A stretch of 64,000 bases of DNA from an uncultured delta proteobacterium (GTDB taxonomy: Bacteria > Myxococcota_A > UBA9160 > SMWR01), in contig CAWHTE010000011.1 in NCBI GenBank assembly GCA_963832165.1, positions 224,001-288,000 on the forward strand, read 5' to 3'. This document shows, piece by piece, positions 28,184 through 39,561 of the stretch; positions within the stretch are counted from its first letter, which is position 1; every line of letters begins with the position of its first letter. Below the pieces are notes generated by a model that was given only the letters and a program-made list of their open reading frames with translations, was not told the origin of the DNA and made no database searches. The translations under genes were made by a program, and so were the position numbers.

Positions 28184-29461
28184 TCAGGCTCCGCCCGGCG
28201 TGAACGCGCATGGCATGCGCTTGATGCCGTGGATGAAGTTCGAGCGCAGCATCTCCGGCGCGCCGGTAATCTCGAGATCCGGCAGCCGCCGCATCAGCTC
28301 GCGAAACACGACCGTGATCTCGCGGCGGGCGAGGTTCGCGCCCAGACAGTGGTGGGCGCCCGGACCGCCGAAGCCCACGTGCTCGTTCGGCTCGCGCGTC
28401 ACGTCGAAGCGGTAGGGATCCGGGAAGACGCTCTCGTCGCGGTTGGCCGAGTTGTACCAGAGCACGATCTTCTCGCCTGCGCGCAGCTTCTGTCCGCCGA
28501 GCTCGGTGTCCTGCGTGCAGGTGCGCCGGAAGTGGATCACCGGCGAGGCCCAGCGCACGATCTCCTCCACCGCTGTGGGCGCCAGAGCCTCGAAGTCTGC
28601 GGCCCACTTGCGGCGCTGGTCGGGGTGATCGCAGAGCGCCTTCATGCCGTGGCTGATCGCGTTGCGCGTGGTCTCGTTGCCCGCAGCGACGAGCAACACG
28701 AAGAACGAGGCGAGCTCCTGGTCGGTGAGCGTCTCGCCGTCGATCTCCGCGTTGATCAGCTGCGACGTGAGATCGTTCCTCGGCTGACGCCGGCGCTCCG
28801 CCGCGATCTCGTTCATCAACTCCGCCAACGCCTTGCCCGAGTTGAGCGCCGCGATCAGCGGGTTCGTGCCCGGCGCCACGTACTCCGGATCGCCGAGCCC
28901 GAGGATGATGTTCGTCTGATCGAACACGAACTGCGTCTGGCTCGCCGGGATCCCCATCATGTCGCAGATGATGCCGAGCGGAAGCGGTGCGGCGACATCG
29001 CGCACGAAATCGCATTCACCCTTCTCGATGATCGCGTCGATCAGCTCGCTGGCTCGCCGCTCGACGTCGTCCTGCAGGCGCGCGAGCGCCTTCGGCGTGA
29101 ATCCGCGCGAGACGATGCTGCGCAGGCGCGCGTGGCGGGGGTCGTCCATCGCGATCATCGAGCCGAAGAACTCGTTCAGCTCGACCGGAAGGTCCGGGAT
29201 CTGCACTCCTTTGCCCGAGCAGAACAGGTCGCTCCGGCGGCTCGCGGTGACCACGTCGGCGTGGCGGGTGACTGCCCAGTACCCGGGTCCGCGCGGCAGC
29301 GGAATCTCCGGCGGCGGCTCGAACTCGTCGTGGAACGACATCGGCCGCTCGCGGCGCAGGATCGCAAACGCACCCTCGCGCTCCTCGGCGGGGGCGGTCC
29401 AGAATTCGAGCTTGTCGAGGTGGACGTCGTCGACGCTCCCGGGAAGCCTGGGGGTGAACAT
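28184..29461 (-). CDS. Cytochrome P450 (CYP124/CYP125-like)
   Basis: AAGNETT, EEIVR (ExxR), FGGPGAHHCLG; AAGGAG RBS. Confidence 0.95.
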   Translation of the reverse strand: MFTPRLPGSVDDVHLDKLEFWTAPAEEREGAFAILRRERPMSFHDEFEPPPEIPLPRGPGYWAVTRHADVVTASRRSDLFCSGKGVQIPDLPVELNEFFGSMIAMDDPRHARLRSIVSRGFTPKALARLQDDVERRASELIDAIIEKGECDFVRDVAAPLPLGIICDMMGIPASQTQFVFDQTNIILGLGDPEYVAPGTNPLIAALNSGKALAELMNEIAAERRRQPRNDLTSQLINAEIDGETLTDQELASFFVLLVAAGNETTRNAISHGMKALCDHPDQRRKWAADFEALAPTAVEEIVRWASPVIHFRRTCTQDTELGGQKLRAGEKIVLWYNSANRDESVFPDPYRFDVTREPNEHVGFGGPGAHHCLGANLARREITVVFRELMRRLPDLEITGAPEMLRSNFIHGIKRMPCAFTPGGA

Positions 29462-29581
29462 GGAGTCTCCTTCGCGGGCGTAGTGGTGCGTGGATCCACT
29501 ATTACCGAAACGCGAGCCGGGTTACAGTGCGACGCAGCGGGCTAGTTCGATAGCCCGTCTAATTACCCGGACGGAGTCGCC

Positions 29582-30995
29582 ATGGGGTCGGAGAAGCAGG
29601 GGCGGAAGAGGGGAGTCGCGGCGCTGGTCGCGGTGATGTTATGCGCGATGCCGGTCGCCGCGGAGCTCGGCGACTACACGGCGTTGCAGACGCTCGGGAA
29701 CCTCCTCTGGCCGCCCGGCGCGACCCACCCGGTGATACCGGCCGAGAAGACGGGCCCGTATCCGCTCAAGGCGAGTCCGACCACGTTCAACGACGGCTTC
29801 CAGCCGGGCCGCTATTACGAATGGCAGACGGTCCAGCTGCACCCGTCCACCGATGCAGTCTGCGGCAACGGCACCCCGTACAAGTTCTTCGTGAACCGCG
29901 TTCCGAACACGCGCAACACATTGATCTATCTCGAGGGCGGCGGCGCCTGTTGGGACGAGGCGAGCTGCCGCGGGCGCACGGGCATTCGCGGCGCGCGCAA
30001 CCCCAACGGCATTCCCGACGACTATCTGGCCCTGACCAACCCGGCGACCGGGTTGGTGAGCCCGTACGTGTTCCGCGCGCACCCGTATTCGCACGTGAAG
30101 ACGCAGGCGTGGAATCTGGTCTACGTGCCCTACTGCACGGGCGACATCTACGTCGGCGACAAGGTGCAGGTCTACGAGGATCCGAGCGGAGCCCTGCCGC
30201 CGCTCGTCTGGCATCACAACGGCGCTCGCAACGTGCTCGCGGTGCTCGCGTGGCTCAGGAACCACCTGCCGCGCCCGAGCCAGATGCTCACGGCCGGATG
30301 TAGTGCCGGCAGCATCGGCGCGCTCGCCGGTTACGACCTGATTCGCGGCCACATGAGTCCGACGCTCGGGTACCTGATCGACGACTCGGGCCCGGCCTTC
30401 CCGGCGCCTCGCAACGGCGATCCGGCGCAGTACCCGTCGGTGCCGCTGCACAACCACATCCGCGGCGTCTGGGGGCTCGACACGGGGCCGCTTGCGTACC
30501 TCAAGTCGCGCATGCCGCAGCTCGACATGAACAACCTCGGGTCGATCTACGCCGCGCTCTCCGCGAAGTACCCGGCCGACCGCATGGGCCAGACACACTT
30601 CTGGGAGGATCTGAACTACTCCTCCTACTCGTACGAGCGCTTCCACGACGAGATCGCGAACGAGCCGAATCAGCAGGTGAGAGAGCAGCTGATCCACGAG
30701 CGCTGGTATCTCGACACGGAGCACCTGATGGCCGTGCTCCAGACGCTTCCGAACTTCGGGTACTACCTGCCGCGTTACCGCGCGCTGAACGAGAGTCACT
30801 GCACGACGATTCGTCGACTTCGAGAACGGAGACATCCAGGAGGATGGTCTCGTGCTCGAGAACTTCATCAACAACGTGTTGAACGGGTCGGGACCGGTGA
30901 TGGAAGCCTCGGAGGAGGACCGCGTGCGCGACTTCCAGAAGCTGCCGAATCCGGTCTACATCGCGGTCGACGCGCTGCTCCAGTCGGGGCTCTAG
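29582..30995 (+). CDS. Secreted pectinacetylesterase-family hydrolase (1-nt frameshift near 30811)
   Basis: Signal peptide, LEGGGACW, VPYCTGD, GCSAG; after ESHCTTI the protein continues VDFENGDI...LLQSGL* in the +1 frame. Confidence 0.88.
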
Positions 30996-31014
30996 GGCCG
31001 GCGCTCGGCGCGAG

Positions 31015-31681
31015 TCACTCGGGCGCGGGCTGCCCGTCCGCGTACACCTCGATGCGCAGCTGGCGCAGGCGCTCGCGCAGATATTCGTCGCGCGAGACGC
31101 CGCCGGGGATCTCATCGAGCGCCATGACCTCGCTCGCGATCTCGTCCTGTCGCGCCAGGTACTCTTCATCGCGCGGACTCGGAGCCCGGTTCGCCTCGGC
31201 CGCCTCGGCCCGCCGCTGGTAGTCCTCGGTCAGCCGCCGACTCTCGCTGTCGCGCACGGCCGGGTCGTCCACGGTCGCTCGCAGCAGGGCGAGCCTCAGC
31301 AGGAGCGCCTCGGGCGGCAGCACGCGTCCTTCCCGCTCTCGCACGTCGGTCTGGGCGAGGATCGCCGCGGCGCGCGCAGCTCGTTCGGACTCGTCGAGCT
31401 CGCGGTAGCCGTCGAAGAACGCGCGCACCGCGTCTTGAAATGCGATCTCCTCGCGGTAGCGCGCGCTCTCGGGATCGCCCGCGCTCTCGCGATCCGGGTG
31501 CTCCCGGCGCGTCAGCGATCGCGGGCTCCACCGCGCTCGTTGCGGGAGGCAGCGCCGCCGCGAGCGGCGGCGCAGGAGGCTCCGCGCTCGGGCGCCCCGC
31601 TCGCAACGCAAACCACGCCCCACCCGCGAGCAACACCGCGCCCGCTGCAGCCGCCAGCGATGAACGGACCCATCGCACCAT
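31015..31681 (-). CDS. Membrane-anchored helical hypothetical protein (frameshift near 31504)
   Basis: N-terminal TM (MVRWVRSSLAAAAGAVLLAGGAWFALR) and Pro/Ala linker in one frame; charged helical domain ending SRDEYLRERLRQLRIEVY in the next. Confidence 0.75.
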
Positions 31682-31705
31682 GGAGCGAGGGTATCCTGTC
31701 GCATC

Positions 31706-34238
31706 GTGTCGGGTCCCGTCCGGCTCAGCCTGCTCCTGCCCGCGATCGCGGCGGTCTACTTCGGCGCCGCGAAGCTCGGGCTTGCGCTCGCATTCGTGGC
31801 GCCCCAGGCGACGGCCGTATGGCCGCCGACCGGCATCGCGTTGGCGGCACTGGTCCTGTTCGGACTCCGCGCCTGGCCGGGCGTCTGGATCGGCGCGCTG
31901 TTCGCGAATGCCACCGTTGCCTCGCTGCCGGTGGCCGTCGGGATCGCGACCGGGAACACGCTCGAGGCGGTCGCGGGCGCGTATCTCCTCCACCGATCGA
32001 GCTTCCGGCCCTCGCTCGAGCGGATGCCGCACATCGCGAGCCTGCTGGTTGCGGGCGCACTCGTGAGCACGGCCGTCAGCGCGACGATCGGCGTGACGAC
32101 GCTGTGCATCGGCCAGATGCAACCGTGGTCGGCCTTCGCCCCGATCTGGACCGTGTGGTGGATCGGCGACGCGATGAGCGTCGTCGTCATCGCGCCGCTG
32201 CTGCTCGTCTGGAGCTCGAGGCCACCGCGCCAGTGGTCGCTGGAGCGGATCGGCGAGGGTGTCGCGCTGCTCGCTGGTCTGTTAGTCGCGCTCTGGCTGA
32301 TCTTCTCCACGCGCACGACCCCCGGGGCGAGCCCCGTCCACTATTGGATGTTCCCATTCGTGATCGCAGCGGCGCTGCGATTCGGGCAGCAGGGCACCAC
32401 GGCGATCAACGCCGTGGCGTCCGCGGTGGTGATCTGGGGAACGGCTGCCGGGGTCGGGCCCTTCGGCGGCGAAGACGTCGGGCGGGGCCTGGTGCAGGCT
32501 CAGCTCTTCCTCGCCGCGATCGCCGTCACGGGCTTGATCCTCGCAGCCGCGATCTCCGAGCGCGCGCTAGGCGATCGGTTCCGGGCGGCGGACTACGCCG
32601 CGACCCATGTGCTGGCCGAAGCGGCGAGCCTCGGAGACGGCGCATCCGGGGTGCTGCGCGCCGTCTGCCAGAGTCTGGATTGGGACTTCGGCGCGCTCTG
32701 GCTCGTGACGCGAGATGCGCGGCGGCTGCATTGCCTCGAAACGTGGCACGCCCCGTCGCGCGCGTTTCCCGATTTCGAAGCCGAGACGCGCGGCAGCGCG
32801 ATTTCCGCGCGGAGTCGGTCTGCCGGGCAGGGTGTGGGAGAGCGGCGAGCCGGCCTGGATTCCCGACGTCGTCGTCGACGCGAATTTTCCCCGCGCCCCG
32901 GTGGCCGCGAGCGAAGGGCTGCACGGCGCGTTCGCATTCCCGATCCGCAGCGGAGGCGAGGTCCTCGGGGTGATCGAGTTCTTCAGCCGAGAGCTGCAAC
33001 AGCCCGACGCCGATCTGCTCGCGCGAATCTCGGCGCTCGGCAGCCAGATCGGCCAGTTCATCGATCGCAAGCGATCCGAGGAGGAACGCGAGCAGCTGCT
33101 CGTGCGCGAGCGCGCAGCGCGCAGCGAGGCCGAGACCGCGAACCGCGCCAAGGACGAGTTCCTCGCGATGCTCGGTCACGAGCTGCGCAACCCGCTCGGC
33201 GCGATCGCCAACGCGGGCAGCCTGCTCGAGCAGATCGCGGACGACGATCGAGGTGAGGCGGCGCGCGGGATCATCGCGCGGCAGACCGCGCATCTCGCGG
33301 TGCTCGTCGACGATCTCCTGGACGTCGCCCGCGTCCAATCGGGTCGCGTTCGGCTGCAGCGCGAGGCCGTCGATCTCGGCAAGCTGGTCGAGCGCTGTGT
33401 GGAGACGTCGATGCCGAGCGGCCGCGCGCGCGATCGCGAGCTGCACATTTCGACCATGCCGGTGCTCGTGGACGGCGATCCCGCGCGCCTCGACCAGATC
33501 GTCACGAATCTGCTCTCGAATGCGCTCAAGTACTCGCTGCCGGGCGGGAAGATCTGGGTCGACGTGAGCTGCGATCACGGCCTCGCGGTGCTGCGCGTGA
33601 GAGACGACGGCGTCGGAATCTCGCCGGAGCTCCTGCCGCGCGTCTTCGATCTGTTCATGCAGGCCGACCGATCGCTCGACCGGTCGAAGGGCGGGCTCGG
33701 GCTGGGACTCACGCTGGTGAAGCGGCTGGTCGAGCTGCACGGCGGCATGGTCTCGGCGCATAGCGACGGCCCCGGCATGGGCAGCGAGTTCACCATCGAG
33801 CTTCCACTGGGCCTCTATACGAACGCGCAGCCCACGGATTCGGATCGCACGTCGAAGGTGGTCGCGCGTCGCGTACTCGTCATCGAGGATCACCCGGACG
33901 CGCGCGAGAGCATGTGTTTGTTGTTGACGGCGGCCGGCCACACGGTGAGGGCGGCCGAAGACGGTGTGGAGGGCCTCGCCGTGCTGCGGAGCTGGCGTCC
34001 AGACTTCGCGATCGTCGACATCGGTCTCCCGGGGCTCGACGGATATGCGCTCGCGCGCACGGTGCGGGCCGAGCCCGAATTGAACGGCGTCCGCCTCGTG
34101 GCGTTGACCGGCTACGGTCAGAGCGAGGACCAGACCCGTGCGATCGAGGCCGGCTTCCAGCTGCACCTGGTCAAGCCCGTGGCCGTGGACACCCTGAATC
34201 GGGTGTTCGAAGGCGAAGAGGATCCTAGAGGCAGCTGA
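31706..34238 (+). CDS. MASE1-GAF hybrid sensor histidine kinase with receiver domain (frameshift near 32796)
   Basis: MASE1 VWPPTGIALA and WWIGD; GAF GVGLPGRVW; H-box FLAMLGHELRNPL; NLLSNALKY and GGLGLGL; receiver IVDIGLPGLDG. Confidence 0.93.
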
Positions 34239-35007
34239 GCACGCTCTTGGGGTCGTCCCTCTTTCCGCTGATCCACTCCGCGATGGCGTCGTACGGGCCG
34301 CCCAGCTTGCCGTCTTCGACCTGCCGCCGCGTTTCGGCCGTCTCCTTGCGGATCACCGCGAGCCACTGTGCGAGGCCCGGAGACGGCTTGCCGCCGAGCG
34401 TCTCGGTTTCGACGATGTTGTTCACGAACGTGAACAGCATGAGCTTCTCGGGCTCGAGCTGCTCGACGTCATCCGCCGAGTGGATCTGGTCGGCCAGCGA
34501 GGCGTCCGTGACGTCCGTGTGGGTGGGGCAGGTCGCGGAGCTCTGCGGACAGATGCGCCGCCACTCGATCACGCGTCCGTCGACCTCGCGGCTGCCTTCG
34601 CGCAGCTTCCCGATCCAGCAGTGGAGCTGGTCGCGCTCGGCGGCTCCGCTCACCTTGTCCTCGATCGCGGCATCCAGGAGATCGAGCGGCACGAAGTTGT
34701 CGGCGAGCACCTTGCGCAGCGTCGCCCGAGTCGGTGTCGCGAGCGCGTAGTGGAACGCGTGCGACAGCTCGTCTCCGGTGTCCGACTCGCCGAGCTGCTC
34801 GTGCAGCTCCTTCGAACAGGCCGGAGTTGCCACGAGGAACAGGGTCTTGATCCGGTCGCGCCGCTCGAGCGCGGCGGGATCATCCGGCTTGAAGCGCAGC
34901 TCGAGCTCACTGCTCAACTTCTCGCGCGTCTCGTCGCAATCCGCGGCCGACGCCGCGGTGGGTAGGATCGCGACGCCGAGCGCCAGGATCAGCGTGTACT
35001 GCCTCAT
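34225..35007 (-). CDS. Secreted hypothetical protein
   Basis: GGAGG RBS, signal peptide MRQYTLILALGVAILPTAASA, six Cys in the mature region. Confidence 0.75.
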   Translation of the reverse strand: MRQYTLILALGVAILPTAASAADCDETREKLSSELELRFKPDDPAALERRDRIKTLFLVATPACSKELHEQLGESDTGDELSHAFHYALATPTRATLRKVLADNFVPLDLLDAAIEDKVSGAAERDQLHCWIGKLREGSREVDGRVIEWRRICPQSSATCPTHTDVTDASLADQIHSADDVEQLEPEKLMLFTFVNNIVETETLGGKPSPGLAQWLAVIRKETAETRRQVEDGKLGGPYDAIAEWISGKRDDPKSVLSCL

Positions 35008-35018
35008 GCGACCTCCAA

Positions 35019-35426
35019 CTAGCTGGCGGACTTCCCCACCAGAGCCAGCAATGCCTCGCGGCGCGGCTTCGGCAGCCGGCGCACCTTGCCGGTCGTGTCG
35101 ACGGCGGCGTGCTCGGTCGCACCGGTCGCGATCACGTCGTCTCCCACGCACAGGACGTAGGCCATGCGCAGCGAGGCGAAGCGCACCTCCTCGCACCAGA
35201 CGGTGATTTCGACGACGTCGGCGAAGCGCGCGGGGCGGTGATAGTCCACCTCCACGCGCGTCGTGGCGAAGTGCATCCCGCTCTCGACGTACTGCTCGTA
35301 GGGCTGGTCGTGCTGTTCGAGGAACGCGATCCGGCCCAGCTCGAAGTAACGCACGTGGTTCGAGTGGTGCACGATGCCCATCGCATCGGTTTCGTAGAAG
35401 GGCACCGCGTGTCGGACCGTGCTCAC
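35019..35426 (-). CDS. Acyl-CoA thioesterase (YbgC/4HBT family)
   Basis: ETDAMGIVHHSNHVRYFELGR hotdog-fold signature. Confidence 0.92.
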   Translation of the reverse strand: MSTVRHAVPFYETDAMGIVHHSNHVRYFELGRIAFLEQHDQPYEQYVESGMHFATTRVEVDYHRPARFADVVEITVWCEEVRFASLRMAYVLCVGDDVIATGATEHAAVDTTGKVRRLPKPRREALLALVGKSAS

Positions 35427-35458
35427 GGCGGCACCCGAAGGCGGCTCCGACCCCTGAC

Positions 35459-36217
35459 TCAGAACGAATCCTTCTGCGCGCGCCGGCGCCCGAGCTCGGC
35501 CGCGTCCGCGCTGCGCATGAACGGATTGGTCGCGCGCTCGTCGGCGATCGTCGACGGGATCGTCATCTCGTCGGGGGTGGCGTCGTGCCAGTCGGCTGCG
35601 GCGTTCGCGCGGATCCGCGCGACGCGCTCGAGCGCCTGCTTCACCGCGGCGTTGTCGGGCTCGACGTGTGCGGCGAAGCGCAGGTTGCTCGCGGTGTACT
35701 CGTGCCCGCAGTACACGCGCGTGGCGTCGGGCAGCGCCGCGAGCTTCTCGCACAGCGCGGTGTACATCATCTCGGGCGTGCCCTCGAACAGTCGGCCGCA
35801 GCCCGCCGCAAACAGCGTGTCGCCGCAGAACACCGCCTGGGCATCGTCGAACACGTAGGCGATGTGGCCGCGCGTGTGTGCGGGGATGAACAAGATGTGC
35901 GCCTGCTCGCGCCCGACGCTCACCGTGTCGCCTTCTTCGAGGCCGTGGGTCTGCCCGGGCAGGCGGCCCTCGTCGGAGCGATGTCCGTAGACCGGCGCGT
36001 CGTAGCGCTTGGCGAGCGCGGGGTTGGCCATCGAGTGATCGGGGTGGTGGTGCGTCGACAGGATCTTCGTGACCCGCACGCCGAGCGCTTCCGCGCGCGC
36101 CACCACGGGCGCCTCCTCGGGCGCGTCGACGACGGCCGCCTCGCCCGAGGCCTCGCAGACGATCAGATAGGTGTAGTTGTCGCGCAGCGTCGGGATGCGT
36201 TCGATGCGGAGTGCCAT
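35459..36217 (-). CDS. gloB: Hydroxyacylglutathione hydrolase (glyoxalase II)
   Basis: DNYTY, THHHPDH, HTRGH, GDTLFAAGCGRLFEG, YCGHEYT, TNPFMR. Confidence 0.95.
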   Translation of the reverse strand: MALRIERIPTLRDNYTYLIVCEASGEAAVVDAPEEAPVVARAEALGVRVTKILSTHHHPDHSMANPALAKRYDAPVYGHRSDEGRLPGQTHGLEEGDTVSVGREQAHILFIPAHTRGHIAYVFDDAQAVFCGDTLFAAGCGRLFEGTPEMMYTALCEKLAALPDATRVYCGHEYTASNLRFAAHVEPDNAAVKQALERVARIRANAAADWHDATPDEMTIPSTIADERATNPFMRSADAAELGRRRAQKDSF

Positions 36218-36229
36218 GACGCCGCCAAA

Positions 36230-37118
36230 CTAGAACATCAGCGCGAGCTGTGCCGGGGGCGCTTCGGAAGCAACGCGTGCACCGCGGGGCGCGTAGGCCG
36301 GCCGATCCTCGCGCCGTTCGGAACTGGCGGGACATCCCTCGCGGTACTCGCACCAGCGGCACAGCGCGGAGGGCTTCGGCTCGAACGCCGTCTCGCTGCG
36401 GATCCGGTCGATCAGCGCGCGCGTCTGCGCGGCGAGCTCGCCGAGCTGCTCGGGCGTGCGCGTGGAGACCAGCGTGCGCCGCTGGCGCAGGTAGCGCCAG
36501 ACGAGCCGGACCGGGCGCTGCGCGCCGAACCGCGCGCCGATGCCGATCTGATAGAGCGCGAGCTGGCGATCCTCGTCCGCCTCCGCCTGGCTCGGCACGC
36601 GTGCGGAGGTCTTGTAGTCCTGGATCTCGATCGTGCCATCGCGCGTGCGCGCGATCCGGTCGACGAAGCCCTGTACGCGCGTATTTTCCGCCAGCCCCGA
36701 GGTCGAAGCTCACGTGCTCCTCGAGCGCGAGCGTCTCGTCGCGATCGAACGGATAGTGCTCGCGGTAGTAGTTCGCGAGACACTGCTCGCCGAGCTCGCG
36801 GTAGAACTCGAGCGGAGTGCCCTCGCGCGCGATCCTCACCCGGCTCGCGTCGTACGCTTCCTCGAACATCTGCTGGAAGCGCGCCAGCACCTTCGGAAGG
36901 GAAGGCACCCCGACGCTCTCCGCGGCGCGGTGCAGGCGCTCGAGCACCTCGTGCACGCGCTTGCCCACGAAGCCCTCGATCGACTCGCCCTCGGCCGGGA
37001 TCTTCCAGAGATACCGGTACTGGAACTTGCGCGGACAGCGCTCGAACGAGGACAGCCGCGAGTGGCTGTACACGTCGCTCGCGCTTCCGACCGGCCCCTC
37101 GCTGCGAACTTCCACCAA
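36230..37118 (-). CDS. PD-(D/E)XK RecB-family nuclease with Cys cluster (frameshift near 36681)
   Basis: YSHSRLSSFERCP, GFVDRI...IQDYKT, QLALY and CRWCEYREGCP; start uncertain. Confidence 0.88.
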
Positions 37119-37318
37119 CGCCTCGTGCGCTCGGCCGGTGGGCCGTGCGCGGATCCTCGGGACGCCAGGCGTTGGAATGGAGGAGGGGTACTCACGCCCG
37201 AGTGATCGCAGTGCACCCTACCACCGTCTTGACCCCGAGGGGCCTCAAGGGGTATTAGTGATACACTGCGAACTCGCGCCCTCAGGAGCCCTCCGTGGGG
37301 AAGCCTTCGGTCCTGCGC

Positions 37319-38207
37319 ATGACTGCCGATCCGACGATCGATCCCGACGTTATCGAGAGCGCCGTCGCCGGCCTCGCCGGCGGCGAGGACAGCGTGCTGG
37401 CCCAGGCCGCGCGCGAGGGATTGCCCGAGCCCGGCGACGTGGCCGAGTGGGTCGACCGCTGCAAGCGCCTCGTGCTCGTGGAGCGCGAGCGCTCTTCCCT
37501 GCGCTCCGAGGTCCCCGCGCTCGCGCAGCGGCTGCTCGAGCTGCTCAACGCGGTGTGCCCGTCCGGCAACTGCGAGCAACAGGCGATCGTCGAGGCGTTT
37601 CTGCCGCGGCTCCAGCACATCCGCGAGAGCCTCGATGAAGACGTCGACGCCGCCTTCCGCGGCGATCCGGCCGCGCGCGGCTACGGCGAGATCGTCGCCG
37701 CCTATCCCGCGATCCGCGCGATCGCAGTGCACCGGATTGCGCACGAGCTGCTACAAGCTGAACGCGCTGATCCTGCCGCGCATGATGTCCGAGCACGCGC
37801 ATCAGCAGACCGGCATCGACATCCATCCCGGCGCGAAGATCGGCCGGCGCTTCTTCATCGATCACGGCACGGGCGTGGTGATCGGGGAGACGACCGAGAT
37901 CGGAAACGACGTGCGGATCTACCAGGGCGTCACGCTCGGCGCGCTCTCGCCGCGCCACGGCGAGTCGCTGCGCGGGCGCAAGCGCCACCCCACGATCGAG
38001 GACGACGTCACGATCTACGCGGGCGCCACGATCCTCGGCGGCGACACCGTGATCGGCCGTGGCAGCGTGATCGGCGGCAACGTGTGGCTCACGTCGTCGA
38101 TCGAGCCGGGCTCGCGCGTCGCGTTCGAGCCGCCGCGCGTCGGCGTGCACCCGCGCGGAGACCACGGCCTGCCCGAGCAGCTTGCCTGGCCGCTCGACGA
38201 GAAGTGA
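37319..38207 (+). CDS. cysE: Serine O-acetyltransferase (frameshift near 37750)
   Basis: [19 protein letters not shown], then [25 protein letters not shown] and KRHPTI in the +1 frame. Confidence 0.92.
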
Positions 38208-39094
38208 ACGCGCAGACGTCCGACGCTGCCGCGCAGCCCGAGCTCGAGGACGTGGAAGAGGTGCGCGCGCGCGCGCACGCGGCGCTTGCCGACGTGGAGC
38301 GGATCGTCGCGGTGATGAGCGGGAAGGGCGGCGTAGGCAAGAGCGCCGTGGCCGTGAATCTGGCCGCGGCGCTGGGCCTGCGCGGTCGCCGGATCGGATT
38401 GCTCGACGCCGACCTGCACGGCCCTTCCGTGGCACACATGCTCGGTCTGCGCGGACAGCCCGTGCGGATCGGCACCGACGAACGCCTGCGCCCGATCGCG
38501 GGACCGGCGGGTCTGGCCGTGCAGAGCATGGACTTCTTCCTGCAGGGCAATCAGGCGCTCGACTGGGAGGGCACCGACGGCTCGGGCGCGACCTGGCGCA
38601 GTGCGCTCGAGCAGGCCGCGCTCGCGGACCTGATCGGGCGCACGGCATGGGGCGAGCTCGACTGTCTCGTGATCGACCTCGCGCCGGGCGCCGACCGGCT
38701 GCCCGCGCTCGTGCCGTTCCTGACCGAGCGCGTCGTGGCGCTCGCCGTGACGATTCCCACCGAGGTCGCGCTGCTCGCGGTCGAGCGCTCGCTGCGGCGC
38801 GCATTCGAGGCGCGCGTGCCGGTCGCGGGGCTGGTCGAGAACTTCGCGAGCGCGATGTGCGGCGAGTGCGGGGCCGAGGTGGCGCTGTTTCGCGAGGCCG
38901 ATCCCGCGCCGCGCTTCGCGTCGATGGGCATCGAGGTGATCGCGCGGATCCCGTTCGATCCCGCGCTCGCGCGCGACGCCGACGCGGGCCGTCCCTATGT
39001 CGCGGGTCCGGGTGCGGCCGCGCCGGCCGGGCGCGCGCTCGCGGCGCTCGCCGAGCGCGTCCTCTGTTACCCTGGCGCGCCGGAGGGCACATGA
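38204..39094 (+). CDS. mrp: Mrp/NBP35 (ApbC) P-loop ATPase
   Basis: [41 protein letters not shown]. Confidence 0.88.
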   Translation: MNAQTSDAAAQPELEDVEEVRARAHAALADVERIVAVMSGKGGVGKSAVAVNLAAALGLRGRRIGLLDADLHGPSVAHMLGLRGQPVRIGTDERLRPIAGPAGLAVQSMDFFLQGNQALDWEGTDGSGATWRSALEQAALADLIGRTAWGELDCLVIDLAPGADRLPALVPFLTERVVALAVTIPTEVALLAVERSLRRAFEARVPVAGLVENFASAMCGECGAEVALFREADPAPRFASMGIEVIARIPFDPALARDADAGRPYVAGPGAAAPAGRALAALAERVLCYPGAPEGT

Positions 39095-39561
39095 TCGCAG
39101 CTCGAGCCGTGTGCGCGTTGCTGTTCGCGGTCGCAGTCTTTGCGGGACCCGCCGCCGCGGAGGAGCCCGCGACCGATGCCTCCACGCGCTGGGCGTACGA
39201 TCTCGCGAACGAACTGATGAGCCCGTTCTGTCCGGGTCGCTCGCTCGCGGACTGCCCGTCGCCCGACGCTGCGAGCTTGCGCATGTGGATCCTCGTGCAG
39301 GCAGCTGCGGGCCGTACGCGCGACGACGTCGAGCAGGAGCTCTTCGAGCGTTATGGCGAGATGATCCGCTCGACGCCCAAAGCCGAGGGGATCGGCACCA
39401 CCGCGTACGTGATCCCGGTGGCCGCGTTCGCGGCGGGAGGCGCGTTGGTTGCCTGGTTCCTGCGCCGCGCGACGCGCCGCGCTGCGGCGCAGCCGGCGCC
39501 CACGGCGCAGACGCTCGATCCCGAGGTCGAGCGCCGGATCGACGAGGCGCTCTCGCGGTGA
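39091..39561 (+). CDS. CcmH/CycL-like cytochrome c biogenesis protein
   Basis: Signal peptide, LMSPFCPGRSLADCPS, FERYGEMI, C-terminal TM. Confidence 0.8.
   Translation: MIAARAVCALLFAVAVFAGPAAAEEPATDASTRWAYDLANELMSPFCPGRSLADCPSPDAASLRMWILVQAAAGRTRDDVEQELFERYGEMIRSTPKAEGIGTTAYVIPVAAFAAGGALVAWFLRRATRRAAAQPAPTAQTLDPEVERRIDEALSR

Noticed and set aside
35019..37118. Apparent nuclease-thioesterase fusion ORF (699 aa)
   Set aside because: Frameshift read-through across gloB in a non-coding frame; these are three separate genes.
36230..37118. CRISPR-Cas locus suggested by the Cas4-like protein
   Set aside because: No repeat-spacer array or other cas genes anywhere in the window.
37295..39094. Apparent CysE-Mrp fusion ORF (599 aa)
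   Set aside because: Artefact of the cysE frameshift; cysE ends at 38207 in another frame and mrp has its own GTG at 38204.
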